Translations under genes and position numbers: made by a program | Notes under the pieces: model-generated | What the model saw: the letters and a program-made list of their open reading frames with translations, nothing else | Database searches by the model: none | Told to the model about the DNA's origin: nothing | Origin: Sphaeroforma arctica JP610 | Lineage: Eukaryota | NCBI RefSeq assembly: GCF_001186125.1 | Contig: NW_014039990.1 | Location: 11,343-59,449, forward strand | Direction of reading: 5' to 3' | DNA length: 48,107 bases | Shown: positions 12,690-23,600 of the stretch, piece by piece | How the letters are laid out: each line of letters starts with the position of its first letter | How positions within the stretch are numbered: the first letter of the stretch is position 1

Positions 12690-13000
12690 ACAGCATCTCT
12701 CATTGATTCCGGTGCTATTGTACATATTCGCAGCACAGAAACGGGAGTCATTGACATAGAACACGGGGATTTCATAGTGGAATTCTCTGACAAGACGTAA
12801 GTTGCCCTACACGAACGAGGTATACTTCCGGGTTTAGGCCCAGTGCTTATCATGCCTCAAGTTACACAGAATATACTATCAGTTCAGCTTCTACAACGTC
12901 ACTGTTACGGTATCTATTTCCCACCGGCAACCCATATGAACACAGCCACAGAATGTCACATTATCCACAATAATCAAACTATACATCGTGTACACTTGTC
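12690..13000 (+). pseudogene. Copia aspartic protease
   Basis: LIDSGAIVHI at ~12698-12727 and PQVTQNILSVQLL. Confidence 0.85.
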
Positions 13001-13069
13001 CGATGGTCACAATATAGCATTGTCAACATTGCTAGTGGATCACTCGATGAATGGCATAGAAAGCTTAGA

Positions 13070-13395
13070 TGTAGTATCTAGGGACCAGCTTATCAAAAAG
13101 CCAATACAAATCCCAAAACCCAGAATAATCAAATACTGAGTTTTGGAATTAGGATTGGAATATTTCTGATATTAGAGTCATCAGAAATAATATTGGTAGA
13201 ACCGGTAAGATATACCGGGACTCCCGCGTGTGAGAGAAACACTCAAGTAAACCCTGAGTCTAGTGAAAACACAAATAAAGACTCAGTTCGGTTTTCTCAG
13301 ACTAGGGATTTTTCCTAGCTGAGATAGCCGTACTTGAGAAGAGGTCTATTGTATCATATTGTCTCGTACCTTTCAGCTACTCTCCATACTCTACA
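13070..13395. mobile_element. Probable solo LTR inserted in the copia integrase N-terminus
   Basis: TGTAG...CTACA termini and an imperfect 4-bp TSD TAGA/TGGA. Removing it restores the codons W-H-R-K-L-G-H. Confidence 0.8.
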
Positions 13396-13479
13396 TGGAC
13401 ACACACATTCTGCTGTTAACAAAAATAGACTACTCAACAACAATATATCTATTCCCAGACCACCCCGACCCAGTATCGA

Positions 13480-13900
13480 TAATTATAAACTACATCCAGA
13501 CCTTTATCAAACATACGTCCTGGATATCTTTGGAGCTGTCGACATCGGCATATTCGCATCAGCCAACAATCATCAGGAACCTGTATATTGCAGCTTATAG
13601 CCCGATGCACCACTCGTCGATGCTTTTCAACAATCGTGGTGACAGCTCGACAAACACCTTTACGGCAATATTCCATCCCGGAGGAAAACTTGGTGCGAAG
13701 CCCTGCTCAAGTTAGAAAAGGACGACGGTCTGATGAATATGGCCTTCCCCTTGACACCTGGTACACAAAACTACAAGCAAACACTTCTGCAACTACATTC
13801 CCATGTGGAGATCATACGCACAACAGCAAACACTTTCCTCAAAAACGGCACGGGAGCCCGTTGGACCACCCAAAAGGCGATATATATGCATCGCACGTAT
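13480..13900 (+). pseudogene. DIRS/phage-Dam-like N6-adenine DNA methyltransferase domain inside copia Pol
   Basis: One frame reads NYKLHPDLYQTYVLDIFGAVDIGIFASANNHQEPVYCSL*PDAPLVDAFQQSW*QLDKHLYGNIPSRRKTWCEALLKL...MAFP. This follows the DIRS MT pattern L.p..f......G..diDLFAs..N.....ycs......DAF...W.....yaNPP. Recognised by eye only. Confidence 0.75.
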
Positions 13901-13984
13901 AGGTAATACAAAGCACGCAGTACCTCCCACGGATGACTTACTGTTCACGGAAGCCGATGTCATAGCGCACCTCTACAACCTCAC

Positions 13985-14640
13985 CTTCTGCACTCCTTAT
14001 GTGGAAAGCAAAATGCGACGCCGTCCCATAAGCATCCCGACACATATCCACCAATCGGAACGTAGACCTCGAAACAGGATTGCCCGCAACACCAAACGGC
14101 TACACGTCTAATATCAAATACTTAGACGGCAACTGTGGCATGATATTCTTCTTTCCCCTCAAACACAAAGATGATGCCACTGCTACACTGGATCAATTCT
14201 ACACCAAAATCGGCAAAGAAAAGCTTGCCATACTCACAGAGCTTAAATATGATCGTGGTGGTGAATTCATTTCTGTGGGCAAACAACATAATCATGAACA
14301 CAGTCAACAGCCTCTTAAAAGACAGCAATCAACTCGAATGTATGTGGGCAGAAGCAGCACGATATGCCGTCTTTACTCCAAACAACCACAAGAAGGACCG
14401 CAAACCTTCCTGAGAGCTGTTCTACGGAGAAAAACCGACCGACCGGCTTAAACACTTACATGTTTATTGATTTCAAGTAGCATTCATAAACCAGGACCCG
14501 GAGGGAAAATTGGACGACAGATCACTCATTGGTGTATACCTAGGTCATGACGATACCTCTAAATACTATGACGAGTGTCACATACTCAACCTCGAGTCTA
14601 GGAAGATCTGCCATTCCAGAGATGTTAAATTCAACTACTT
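13985..14640 (+). pseudogene. Copia integrase (CC half of the zinc finger, partly deleted rve core, SH3-like C-terminus)
   Basis: FCTPYVESKMRRRP, IKYLDGNCGMIFFFPLKHK..LKYDRGGEFIS, MWAEAARYA, and DDRSLIGVYLGH...SRDVKFN. Confidence 0.9.
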
Positions 14641-15590
14641 AGTCTTCCCGACTTGGTCCATGATAGAAAACACGCCGGTCCCAACATTCACGACCAAAGT
14701 CGAGGATGTTCCCACAATCTGCGAACTCACTCTTGCACTCGTTAATCAACGCCATTCAGACGCCACTAACGTAGACAGTGCCATCAGCTCTGATGCTAGT
14801 GCCATACCTTCTACGGACCCTACCATGCAACCGCAAAGTATCATACAACCACAGATAAGCGTAACACACGACCCTACGCGACTAACAGCCACCACTCCTC
14901 CTACAGCTTTACTGACGCATATCTTATTACCCACACCCAATGTTGCTCATGACGACACGCATCTTCCTAACATCGACAACACATTACCAAGTACGCCCAC
15001 ATTGGAGTCCACTATCAATGCCGACTTAGGCACGCATATTGCCAAACATCCCACATCTCGCACGCTCAAAGGCCTACTCCTTCTACCGCGCAATAATACC
15101 GGGGAACTCAACCAACCTACCCTCCCCGGAAACATGCGATGACATGTACACGTACAAAACAAATGCAGGCATACAGCGCAACTAATCAATTTGGCAACAC
15201 GTCCCCCGCCTTACCTGGTACGACACCAATCAACTTCATACCGCTTCATCGCCAGCGACTGTCATTCCCAAGGAGGTCACAATTACGCTTCCAGGGGAGC
15301 CACCGGCCATCACAGCACAGACAGCTCCGTCCATCGCCAGTTTAGCCACCCAATCTTGCAACAAACACGTCACATGGGCACTGGATATCGAAAACATCGG
15401 TCACCATCGACATGATCGACTATCGAACGGAAAAACTCAGCATTCGTGATTGACACATACGTGCCTTAGCCCATCTCAAGCGTGCACACAAACAAAACAA
15501 GGCAGACAAACAATTCAGACGCCCAGCTCGCCAGCTCGCCAAGACATGCACTAACAAACTCATGACTAATCTGCGCGCCATTATTAACGT

Positions 15591-16046
15591 TGTTAGCGTG
15601 CGGTGTGGGGGACTAATAGTAAAGTGCTAGTGTAGTTAAAGTATAGTGCATTCGAATCAATTTATTAATGATCTCACCCTCAGTTATATACTGATGATGT
15701 TTGTACTAGTGTTCAACCACTTGGGTTGGCCAGGGTAAAAACTCAAATGATTAGTATGAGAAACCTTATGCAGAACACTTTAGCACTCGGATATATTTTC
15801 CAGAAATAAATATATCATATTCTCTGTTACTACACTCAGTCTCGGACCTCGGCTTTCGGCTAGCCGGTGGCCCGTATTCTATAAATAGAATAATCTGAGA
15901 AGAAGTCTCAAATTACTCTTACGTTCTCTCGGGCTGACCCACCTATACTTATATTAATTTGAGAACAAGTCCCAAATTACTCTCGGGCTGACGACGTAAA
16001 ACGCTATTAACGTATATATAATTACGTCTACTACTGTAGTCTCTCA
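15591..16046. mobile_element. Solo LTR (family B) nested in the copia
   Basis: TGTTAG...CTCTCA ends and perfect 5-bp TSD AACGT (15586-15590 / 16047-16051). It is an inverted homolog of 22937-23378. Confidence 0.92.
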
Positions 16047-16199
16047 AACGTCATTCGTGTCCCTGCAAATCACGACTATGATGAGGACTACGATCTCCCA
16101 ATCCTCATCAATACACAACTACCCACCACAACAACATCACCCAATAGGGATCAAGCCAAACAACAGGCGATGTACTCAGAAACTGTCCAGAAGATCTAT

Positions 16200-17727
16200 A
16201 GTGTCTGTACTGCCGTACAAGTAAATCCATTAACTCCTAGCACCATCCGTGCAGCACTAAAAGGGCCCGATGCGGATTTATGGCGGGCATCTATGGAACG
16301 TGAACTCGCGAGTCTTCAGAAAACCGGCACCTTTTGTCGTCACAAAAAAATGGGTCTTCAAGGTCAAAATGATCGATGGCCTCGTTGACAAATACAAATC
16401 GCGTCTATGTGCCCGAAGCTTCACACGAACGCAAGGAATCAACTATGACGTGACATATGCACCTACCGTAGCCACGAAACACTTCACACTCTCTTAGCGG
16501 TTGCTGTATCAGCTGGGCGGCACGTTGTACGAATGGACGTCGACAGCGCCTATCTTTATGCCGACCTAGATGAACCCATATAAATGAAGCCTCCAAAAGG
16601 CTCCTTTGCAGTAGGTTTGCCGGACGATCATATCAGGAAACTGAAGAAAAGCCTCTATGGACTTAAAGAATTTGGGCGTCTCTGGCATGCTCTGATTCGC
16701 TCCAAACTACTCACAATGGGCTTTTAAGTAAGCACAACCCGACCCTTGTCTCTTCATCGCCGACACAAACAACCTCAAGTGTATCGTATTGCTTCATGTT
16801 GACGATCTTATCATTTGTGGCCAAACAGCAGCAAACGTTTAAACATTCAATCTACTCATCTCAAGCGAGTTTAGCTGCAGAGATCTAGGGACCCCACAAT
16901 GGCTATTAGGCGTTCGCATACTCACCACGCACGACTTAATCAGCATGTTACAAGACAACTACATCCAGGAAGCATTGGAGACATTTGACATAACAGTATG
17001 TCACCCAGACCCTACTCCCGCAACTCAACTACCAAACAGCGTAAACATCGGCACGGCCTTTGTATGCAAATACCGTTAATTGATCGGCACCTTACAATAT
17101 TTGTCAGTGCTCACTCGAATCGATATCACATATACTCTCAACACACTGGCAAAATATATGGCGAATCCGTCTGAACAATATTGGCACGCCGCGCCACGTA
17201 ATTTACAATACCTTAAATCTACGCCCAACCTCTGCTTAACATATCACTATCAGCCAGGACCACCTGTCGCTGATGCCATCGGCCACGCCGATTGCGCCGC
17301 TTGTCCCGTTACACGCCGATCGACAACTGGATACGTCCCACGTATCAACAAGACTCCTGTCGTCTGGAAATCAAAACGACAACTAGTTTTATCCAACAGT
17401 ACTGCCGAATCCGAATACTATGCCCTACCGGAAGCTGCTAAACACATCCAGTGGTTACGCCTCATCCTTCATGAACTCGGCTTGCCACAAACAGCCCCTC
17501 CTATTCTATATTGCGACAACAAGTCAGCCTTGCGAGCGATAGAGTCTACTGGTCCAACGAAACATCTCAAACGAGTGGACATCAGAGTTCATCATATCAA
17601 AAAATTACAGGAAATGGGAGTGATCGATGCTGCCAATATTAGCTCTCTCACAATCACGCCGATATTCTCACTAAGAATATTGCCCGACCCACGCACTCGA
17701 AACATACCTCGGAAATGCTCCGCATAA
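16200..17727 (+). pseudogene. Copia reverse transcriptase and RNase H
   Basis: ALKGPDADLWRASMERELASL, KWVFKVK..KYKSRLCARSF..GINYDVTYAP, LKKSLYGLK, LHVDDL, RRSTTGY, WKSKRQ..STAESEYYAL, YCDNKSA, and KHLKRVDIRVHHI. Confidence 0.95.
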
Positions 17728-17826
17728 TTCCACCAGCTCAGTAGAGAAACAATCCAGGGGAGACCATCACGGTGCACAAGCGAATAATAGAGATTATATT
17801 CTCGCCTTCATCAGTACATGGATTCC

Positions 17827-17833
17827 AGGGGAG
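17827..17833 (+). promoter_or_regulatory. Polypurine tract (AGGGGAG)
   Basis: Directly precedes the 3' LTR. Confidence 0.8.
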
Positions 17834-18088
17834 TGTTAGGACAAACAAATCCACATTCTACAAGTCTCACTACAAGGTCAGTTCGGTACCCCGGACTGCC
17901 ACCAAGTGTCACCAAGTGTCACCCAATATATGACACCTACGATCACTATGACACCTATTACAAATACGACACCTATTATGATTAAACAGTGGTCCCGCCA
18001 TATGAATATAAGGCGGTAGAATACAAATATGACCCCTCATAAGAGGGTACAATGTACTTACTTCTACTCAGGATATATTTTTCTAACA
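17834..18088 (+). repeat. Copia 3' LTR
   Basis: Direct repeat of 10670-10924, followed by TSD CCAGT. Confidence 0.95.
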
Positions 18089-19230
18089 CCAGTCCGGCCT
18101 AGAACAAGGGATTATTGAGCCCCGAAAGTGGCCATCGAGTAAGCTGCATGCGGTACCGCCTCTCCGTAATAGAGGACAACTAATCACGCTAACGCTAGTA
18201 GGCTTCCCTAATGTGAAAGCTCTTGACAGACACCGACTTATCCCTCCCATGCCCATGGCGGTGGAACTCTCTGGCATTTACTCCAAAAACCTAGGATTTC
18301 AACTGTCCCAGGCCATACCGGGTAACGTCCTTGTAAACACATGGACCACCTCGTGTCAGCACTATTTCAGGCTATAGTGTCCTTCCGGGCGTTTGGGTTT
18401 CATCGATTCAGCTAGCGCCATCCACGAAATCGATTGGCAATATTCGAGACATTCACTTTTTCTACGGTCACCTATGGTGGTCTGAACATCATTGCATGGG
18501 CTCCACCTATATGGCTTGTCGGATTGAACCAGTTGAACGAGCGGCACAACTCAACACTAATCCAGCAACAGCGATCATAACAGCCACTGTTTCTGTGGTT
18601 TACTTCCAGCATGACAATTTGCGGGGTACCTTGGTTAGCTACCTGGATCTACATCTCGATAAGATCAACAGTACAAACCGACTCGTCCTACTTACAAAAC
18701 TCGCTTGGACTCGTAATAGACCTCCAGACAAATTCCCGTTCAGTATTTACACTCATCTGAAATTGAAGGGCGGGTGTACACCCCAACACAAAGAACACCG
18801 TAAGGTACGCAAGCAGATCCAGCAGAATACCACGCGATGTCTCTTGGCTAATGAGATATCAATGAAAGCTCGCCGCCAGTACTACTATCGACATGTAGGG
18901 GGAAAGCTTTCCATCACGTACACAATCCGAATTCATGCCATGATAGCAACGAACAGGTAAATATTCAAATTGCTTGACTATCGGACTGGTGGATGCGCCT
19001 GTCCAGTGGTTGTGCCCCGGAGATAAGACTTTTACATCCAGCCACTTTGCTTATATCATTAGATTAATAAAACATATTCTGGTTGGCCCTAGTCTACCGC
19101 CAACTGGATCGGACTTACTACAAAAGCTACATAATCGCTTTCACTTCCCCATATTTATTTTTCACGACGGACCTTTGATCCACATTTCCGTCTCCGAAAC
19201 GTAAATCTCGGTGACCCGCAGGTCACCAGT
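18089..19230 (+). mobile_element. Probable 3' continuation of the interrupted LINE
   Basis: Contiguous with 9840-10669 once the copia and one TSD are removed. It has decayed coding-like sequence with no strong motif, and the end point is approximate. Confidence 0.55.
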
Positions 19231-19351
19231 GTAAAACTGACTACCCAATTTCAAAAACCCACAGACCCCACCAATAAGTCACATACTAGACCTGGAATGT
19301 AGATTTATTTTTTAAAACAAAAAAAAATCCAGTTGGGACCCACAGCCACAA

Positions 19352-20257
19352 ATGTTGGGCCAGGTCAAACCCCCAACTAAGACGTTCGTCACCAAGGACT
19401 CCTTGCCCAATGACCAATGGAAATTGGACTTACAAAAATCTATCACAGACCTCTCTGCCCAGGTCAATACTCTACAGGCCAATCTCAACCAAATGTCAGG
19501 ACCGGCTCTACCAAACCCGAACAATGATGGGCCCATTTCCAAGAAGCCTCTAGCTGACGACCAATGGAAATCAACCATGCATCAAATGCTCACTAAACTA
19601 TGTGTCAAGGTGAACAACCTCGAATCCGAACTCCGGGACCTAAAATTACAAACATGTGCACCTCTAAATGAAGGCACACCCCACACCATCCGAATCGGCT
19701 CCACAAGCCCGCCTGCCCCGCCAGCAAAAATACCGCGGCCGAAGGCACCCAATAGCAGCAGTGAGCCTCCCAGCTATTGCTCAAAAGTGGACAAACCCGC
19801 AAAACCGAGCCCCAAAAAAGGACCGACCACACCAGCTTCTCAACCCCTACTGCAGCCGCCAGTACCCACACACCTTTTGACGAAAGTGATGGGCCGCCCG
19901 ATGCCGGACAAAACTTTCCACAAAATGGATGACGTAACTCCGGTATGGCTCTTCTTTCGGGCAATTTTTCCTAGCGGCAAGCCTCCATCTCAATCAGAAT
20001 TTGAAAATTACTGGCACGCCCAACCGCTCCTCAATCGCCATCACTTCCTTTGGTATCTCCCGTCCAAACCGATTTATCAACTAAATCGCCACGGGAGTTC
20101 CACCAGTTTCGTCCGCCTTTGTGTTCCTAGTGACGCTGTTGCCCAGGTGAAACGAGACAGTTCTCTGTCTGTCGGTCTGTCTGTCTGTCTGTCTTTATAT
20201 ATATATATTTTGGGGGGGAGAGGGAGTGGATTTTTATTGTTCTTTTATATACATTAA
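19352..20257 (+). CDS. Unknown ORF with a duplicated coiled-coil module and Pro-rich linker (possibly a retroelement ORF1/gag), ending in microsatellite
   Basis: 301-codon open frame with two DQWK-led heptad blocks. Its 3' end runs into (TCTG)n/(TA)n. Confidence 0.35.
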   Translation: MLGQVKPPTKTFVTKDSLPNDQWKLDLQKSITDLSAQVNTLQANLNQMSGPALPNPNNDGPISKKPLADDQWKSTMHQMLTKLCVKVNNLESELRDLKLQTCAPLNEGTPHTIRIGSTSPPAPPAKIPRPKAPNSSSEPPSYCSKVDKPAKPSPKKGPTTPASQPLLQPPVPTHLLTKVMGRPMPDKTFHKMDDVTPVWLFFRAIFPSGKPPSQSEFENYWHAQPLLNRHHFLWYLPSKPIYQLNRHGSSTSFVRLCVPSDAVAQVKRDSSLSVGLSVCLSLYIYILGGRGSGFLLFFYIH

Positions 20258-20299
20258 ATCAGTGCAAATTATATTGAATAACCATTGGTCAAATTCTAG

Positions 20300-23200
20300 C
20301 TACTAATCTCACCTGTGTACATCCTAAAGCTGAAAATAGCTGCAAAGTTTGGTCCTCAGCTAAACGAATAGAAAAAGGGCTGTATCGACATTCGAAAAAG
20401 GAGACGAATCATATTTGTACATCTGAAAGTTACCAACGAAACCGTAAAAGAGGTATAACTGGGATTTCGGTTGTATATATATTCGTGTTATCACTGTTCA
20501 TGCAAAATTTAGCTGTTGTCGGACTTTTGCCAACCTGACTTTATTACTTTTTTATTTGCAGAGTACAACATGAAGATACTCAAAACCGGAAAAACTTTGA
20601 AAAGTTTTAGACAAGTATACTGCCCCACAAGCATCTTGATTCCGCTTCAAAAGCACAAGCAGAGTTGATACTCAAACCATCACAATTGAAAGGGCATGTG
20701 AGAACAGTAGCAAATCGTACATTGATCACACAAAACAACTACAACTGATAGACTCCGTACGAGATACTCCTATGAAGGTTCCAGACACTACATTCGTAAT
20801 GTATAAAACTACATGTACTTACTTAAAAACCGATATTCCTATGTCCGATGGAATCTACTTCGTACTTGGTGGCATGAAGTGAGTTTGTAAATATCTACCA
20901 AGATGAGATGCGTTCGATGCTGCACATATGAATACTATTTACAGTGGTGTACTTCAGTTTTTCACCACATACAATGCTAATGGCCATCTGGAGTTGTTGG
21001 CTATCTCGGCAGCGAGCAAAAGAAATGGGCTTTACTGGAACAGGTTCAAGGAGCTCTCTGATAGATATTCCAGATATATCTGCGTACCTCGTAGATAAAG
21101 AATAAGGTAAGTATATCGTTTTAGATTTATAGTGACGATACCATATTTTAAGTGGGATAAATCCATATTTAATATCTTTTATATAGAACAAGTATTTAAT
21201 AATTGGAAGTATAGCCGTGTTTAAATAGGCATTCATGAGGGTATCGCAAATTCAGTGCATCAAGTTGAAGATAGGACTTGTATACTGCATGCCATCAAAA
21301 TAATATGAACAAAGGTCGACTTGGTAGAAACGAAAAACCAACTCATCAGTCGATAATTGCTATGATTAGAGCTGCTACCGAACAGGGATACAACTTCCAC
21401 GCTCAGGTAAATATTTATTTGTATACAGACGAGACTAGGAATGGGCTTTTTCTTGCACTTTATGCACAATTGTGGGTTGGTTGTGAAAATATCTGCTTAC
21501 TTATGAATCTTAGAGTAATAGAGACTAACCACGAACTTGGAGAGAATATTATGGAATACTTAGAGAGCCGAAAGGAATAATTCGCTAAATATCTATTCGT
21601 GGAGGCTCGTCGAGAACACAATGCAGGCTTCACTGATCCAGAAACGTGCGTAATTGGTAGTTTAGTCCGACATGTTAATCGCCAATTGTATGTTTAGTGT
21701 TAATTAAGATGAATTATTCAACCTTTACAAATTCAACGCGGCTCCTCTCTTGAGTATCGGATATACAACAGCTATGGTTGTGTCAAAGGTCAAATAACTT
21801 ACAATGTGGCAGGTATGTAGACAATTCGTCATACACTTACCAGTGACTTGCCTTGCCGCCAAGAAAAACTAAAACCCTAAAAACACTAGTCAACCCCTAA
21901 AAGTATTTACTTCGCAATTATGACAGAGTAAGCAAATTTTGTGCACCTGGCCATGAGAAGTGTAATATAATCAATATGCTTATACTTTATTCGAATTGGC
22001 ATATGAAGAAGAGAAAAGAGTATCTGAAAGAAGCTAGACAACTGAAGCGTGAAGGAAAGCAGGTATTCAATATTGATATCAAATGAAACATGTTTGATCG
22101 ACCAACGCTTTTTACGGATTTTATTTCTCCAGGTGACACCCTGGGCAGTAGAAAAGACTATAGCCCACCTCAATAAGTTAAAACCATGCACCGTGATTAT
22201 CGTGAGGTTGGTTCGATTGACAGGTAAACTTCAAATCGCACAGTTTAACAGTCCAGACCTGCTCAGTCAAGCTGGTACACTCTCGGGGAGTTATAGATTG
22301 CTAGACCTGCAATTTGCATGTGTCTGAAGGTATCGCATACGGGCATGCTGCTAAGTGTTTTGTGCACATTGCTAAAGTATCTAACGTGAATAGTATCGCA
22401 AGTGAGTATAACCTGTACAACAAATGCTGGTATTCGCGATTGTTTTCGGTGAACAACATTTACATCTTGCAAACCAGTTTCACGGGACAATCGATTCCTT
22501 TAACTTTGAAAATATGGAGCAGCATTCACTGCTTCCCTGTCCTACACCGAGACCAGCGGATCGCCCAAAGAAACGGTACGAAAAGGTATCTTATAGGTAA
22601 GTAGTTGTGTTTTGATGCGTTTGCATTAAAAAATACTGACCTCTTTCAAAGACCAATATGTGAAATATCTTTTCCACTATGATTGTATCAGGGATCATGT
22701 GCTTAAGAAGACTATAACGTGCTCGAAGTGTGGAGAAGCTGGCCAGAACATCAACACCTGTGATGGCGAGTATGTAGTTTATTCCTTTATTTGATTCTGC
22801 GCGCGTGAGTCAGTCTCTACAGCATCCCTTGTGTCTTTTGTGTAATGAATTGTGGTTTTCTCGCTTAACTTTTCTATGACTCTCTTACAGCGACGTATAC
22901 GAAAGCCAATAGAAGATCTCGAGAGTTCAAGGTAAGTGAGAGACTACATGAGTAGACGCATTTTTTATATCCGTTAATAACGTTTTACGTCGTCAGCCCG
23001 AGAGTAATTTGGGACTTGTTCTCAAATTAATATAAGTATATGTGGGTCAGCCTGAGAGAACGTAAGAGTAATTTGAGACCTCTTTTATAGGACACGGGCC
23101 ACCGGCTAGCCGAGAGCTGAGGTCCGAGACTGAGTGTAGTAACAGAGAATATGATATATTTATTTCTGGAAAATATATCCGAGTGCTAAAGTGTTCTGCA

Positions 23201-23600
23201 CAAGGTTTCTCATACTGATCATATAAGTTTTTACCCTGGCCAACCCAAGTGGTTGAACACTAGTACAAACACCATCAGTATATAACTGAGGGTGAGATCA
23301 TAATTAAATTTATCCGAACGTACCATATTTTAGATACACTAGCACTTTACTTATAGTCCCCCACATCGCACGCTAACAGTAAGGATTTTTTTGTTTGTAA
23401 TACATTGAGTTTGTTGCTTGTGATGTATTGTGTAACTAACATCCAGGTGTTGTGAATCACCTGCTCAAACGCACAGAGAAAGAAAAAAGCAAACGAAGAT
23501 GCACGCAGTGGACCAAAACAGTGACACCGTCAAGGATTCGCCCCTACGGAAGATGCCAACGACTGATGCGCCACTATCGTCAACGTCATCTGTCACATAT
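20300..23600 (+). pseudogene. Intron-containing Mutator/MULE transposase pseudogene
   Basis: N-terminal Zn finger LTCVHP...SCKVW...NHIC (20308-20420). AFDAAHMNTIYSGVL (D at 20916) and ANGHLELLAI. RTCILH CxxH (21279-21290). GQITYNVA|gt, with the expected Glu codon split by an intron at 21813. SWIM-like ICMC (~22315) and knuckle CSKCGEAGQNINTC (22720-22761). Several GT..AG introns. Ends are approximate and no TIRs were found. Confidence 0.8.
22937..23378. mobile_element. Solo LTR (family B, opposite orientation) inside a MULE intron
   Basis: Reverse-complement homolog of 15591-16046 with TG...CA ends and perfect TSD GTAAG (22932-22936 / 23379-23383). Confidence 0.92.

Larger units (their letters stand above)
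10670..18088 (+). mobile_element. Full-length but decayed Ty1/copia LTR retrotransposon carrying a methyltransferase-like domain and two nested solo LTRs
   Basis: 255-bp LTRs (TG...CA), 5-bp TSD CCAGT (10665-10669 / 18089-18093), PBS, PPT, and gag-PR-IN-RT-RH domain order. Confidence 0.97.

Noticed and set aside
7339..16051. Shared ACGT target preference (TSDs ACGT and AACGT)
   Set aside because: The two insertions are from different families, and the other family-B insertion has TSD GTAAG. Two cases are not evidence.
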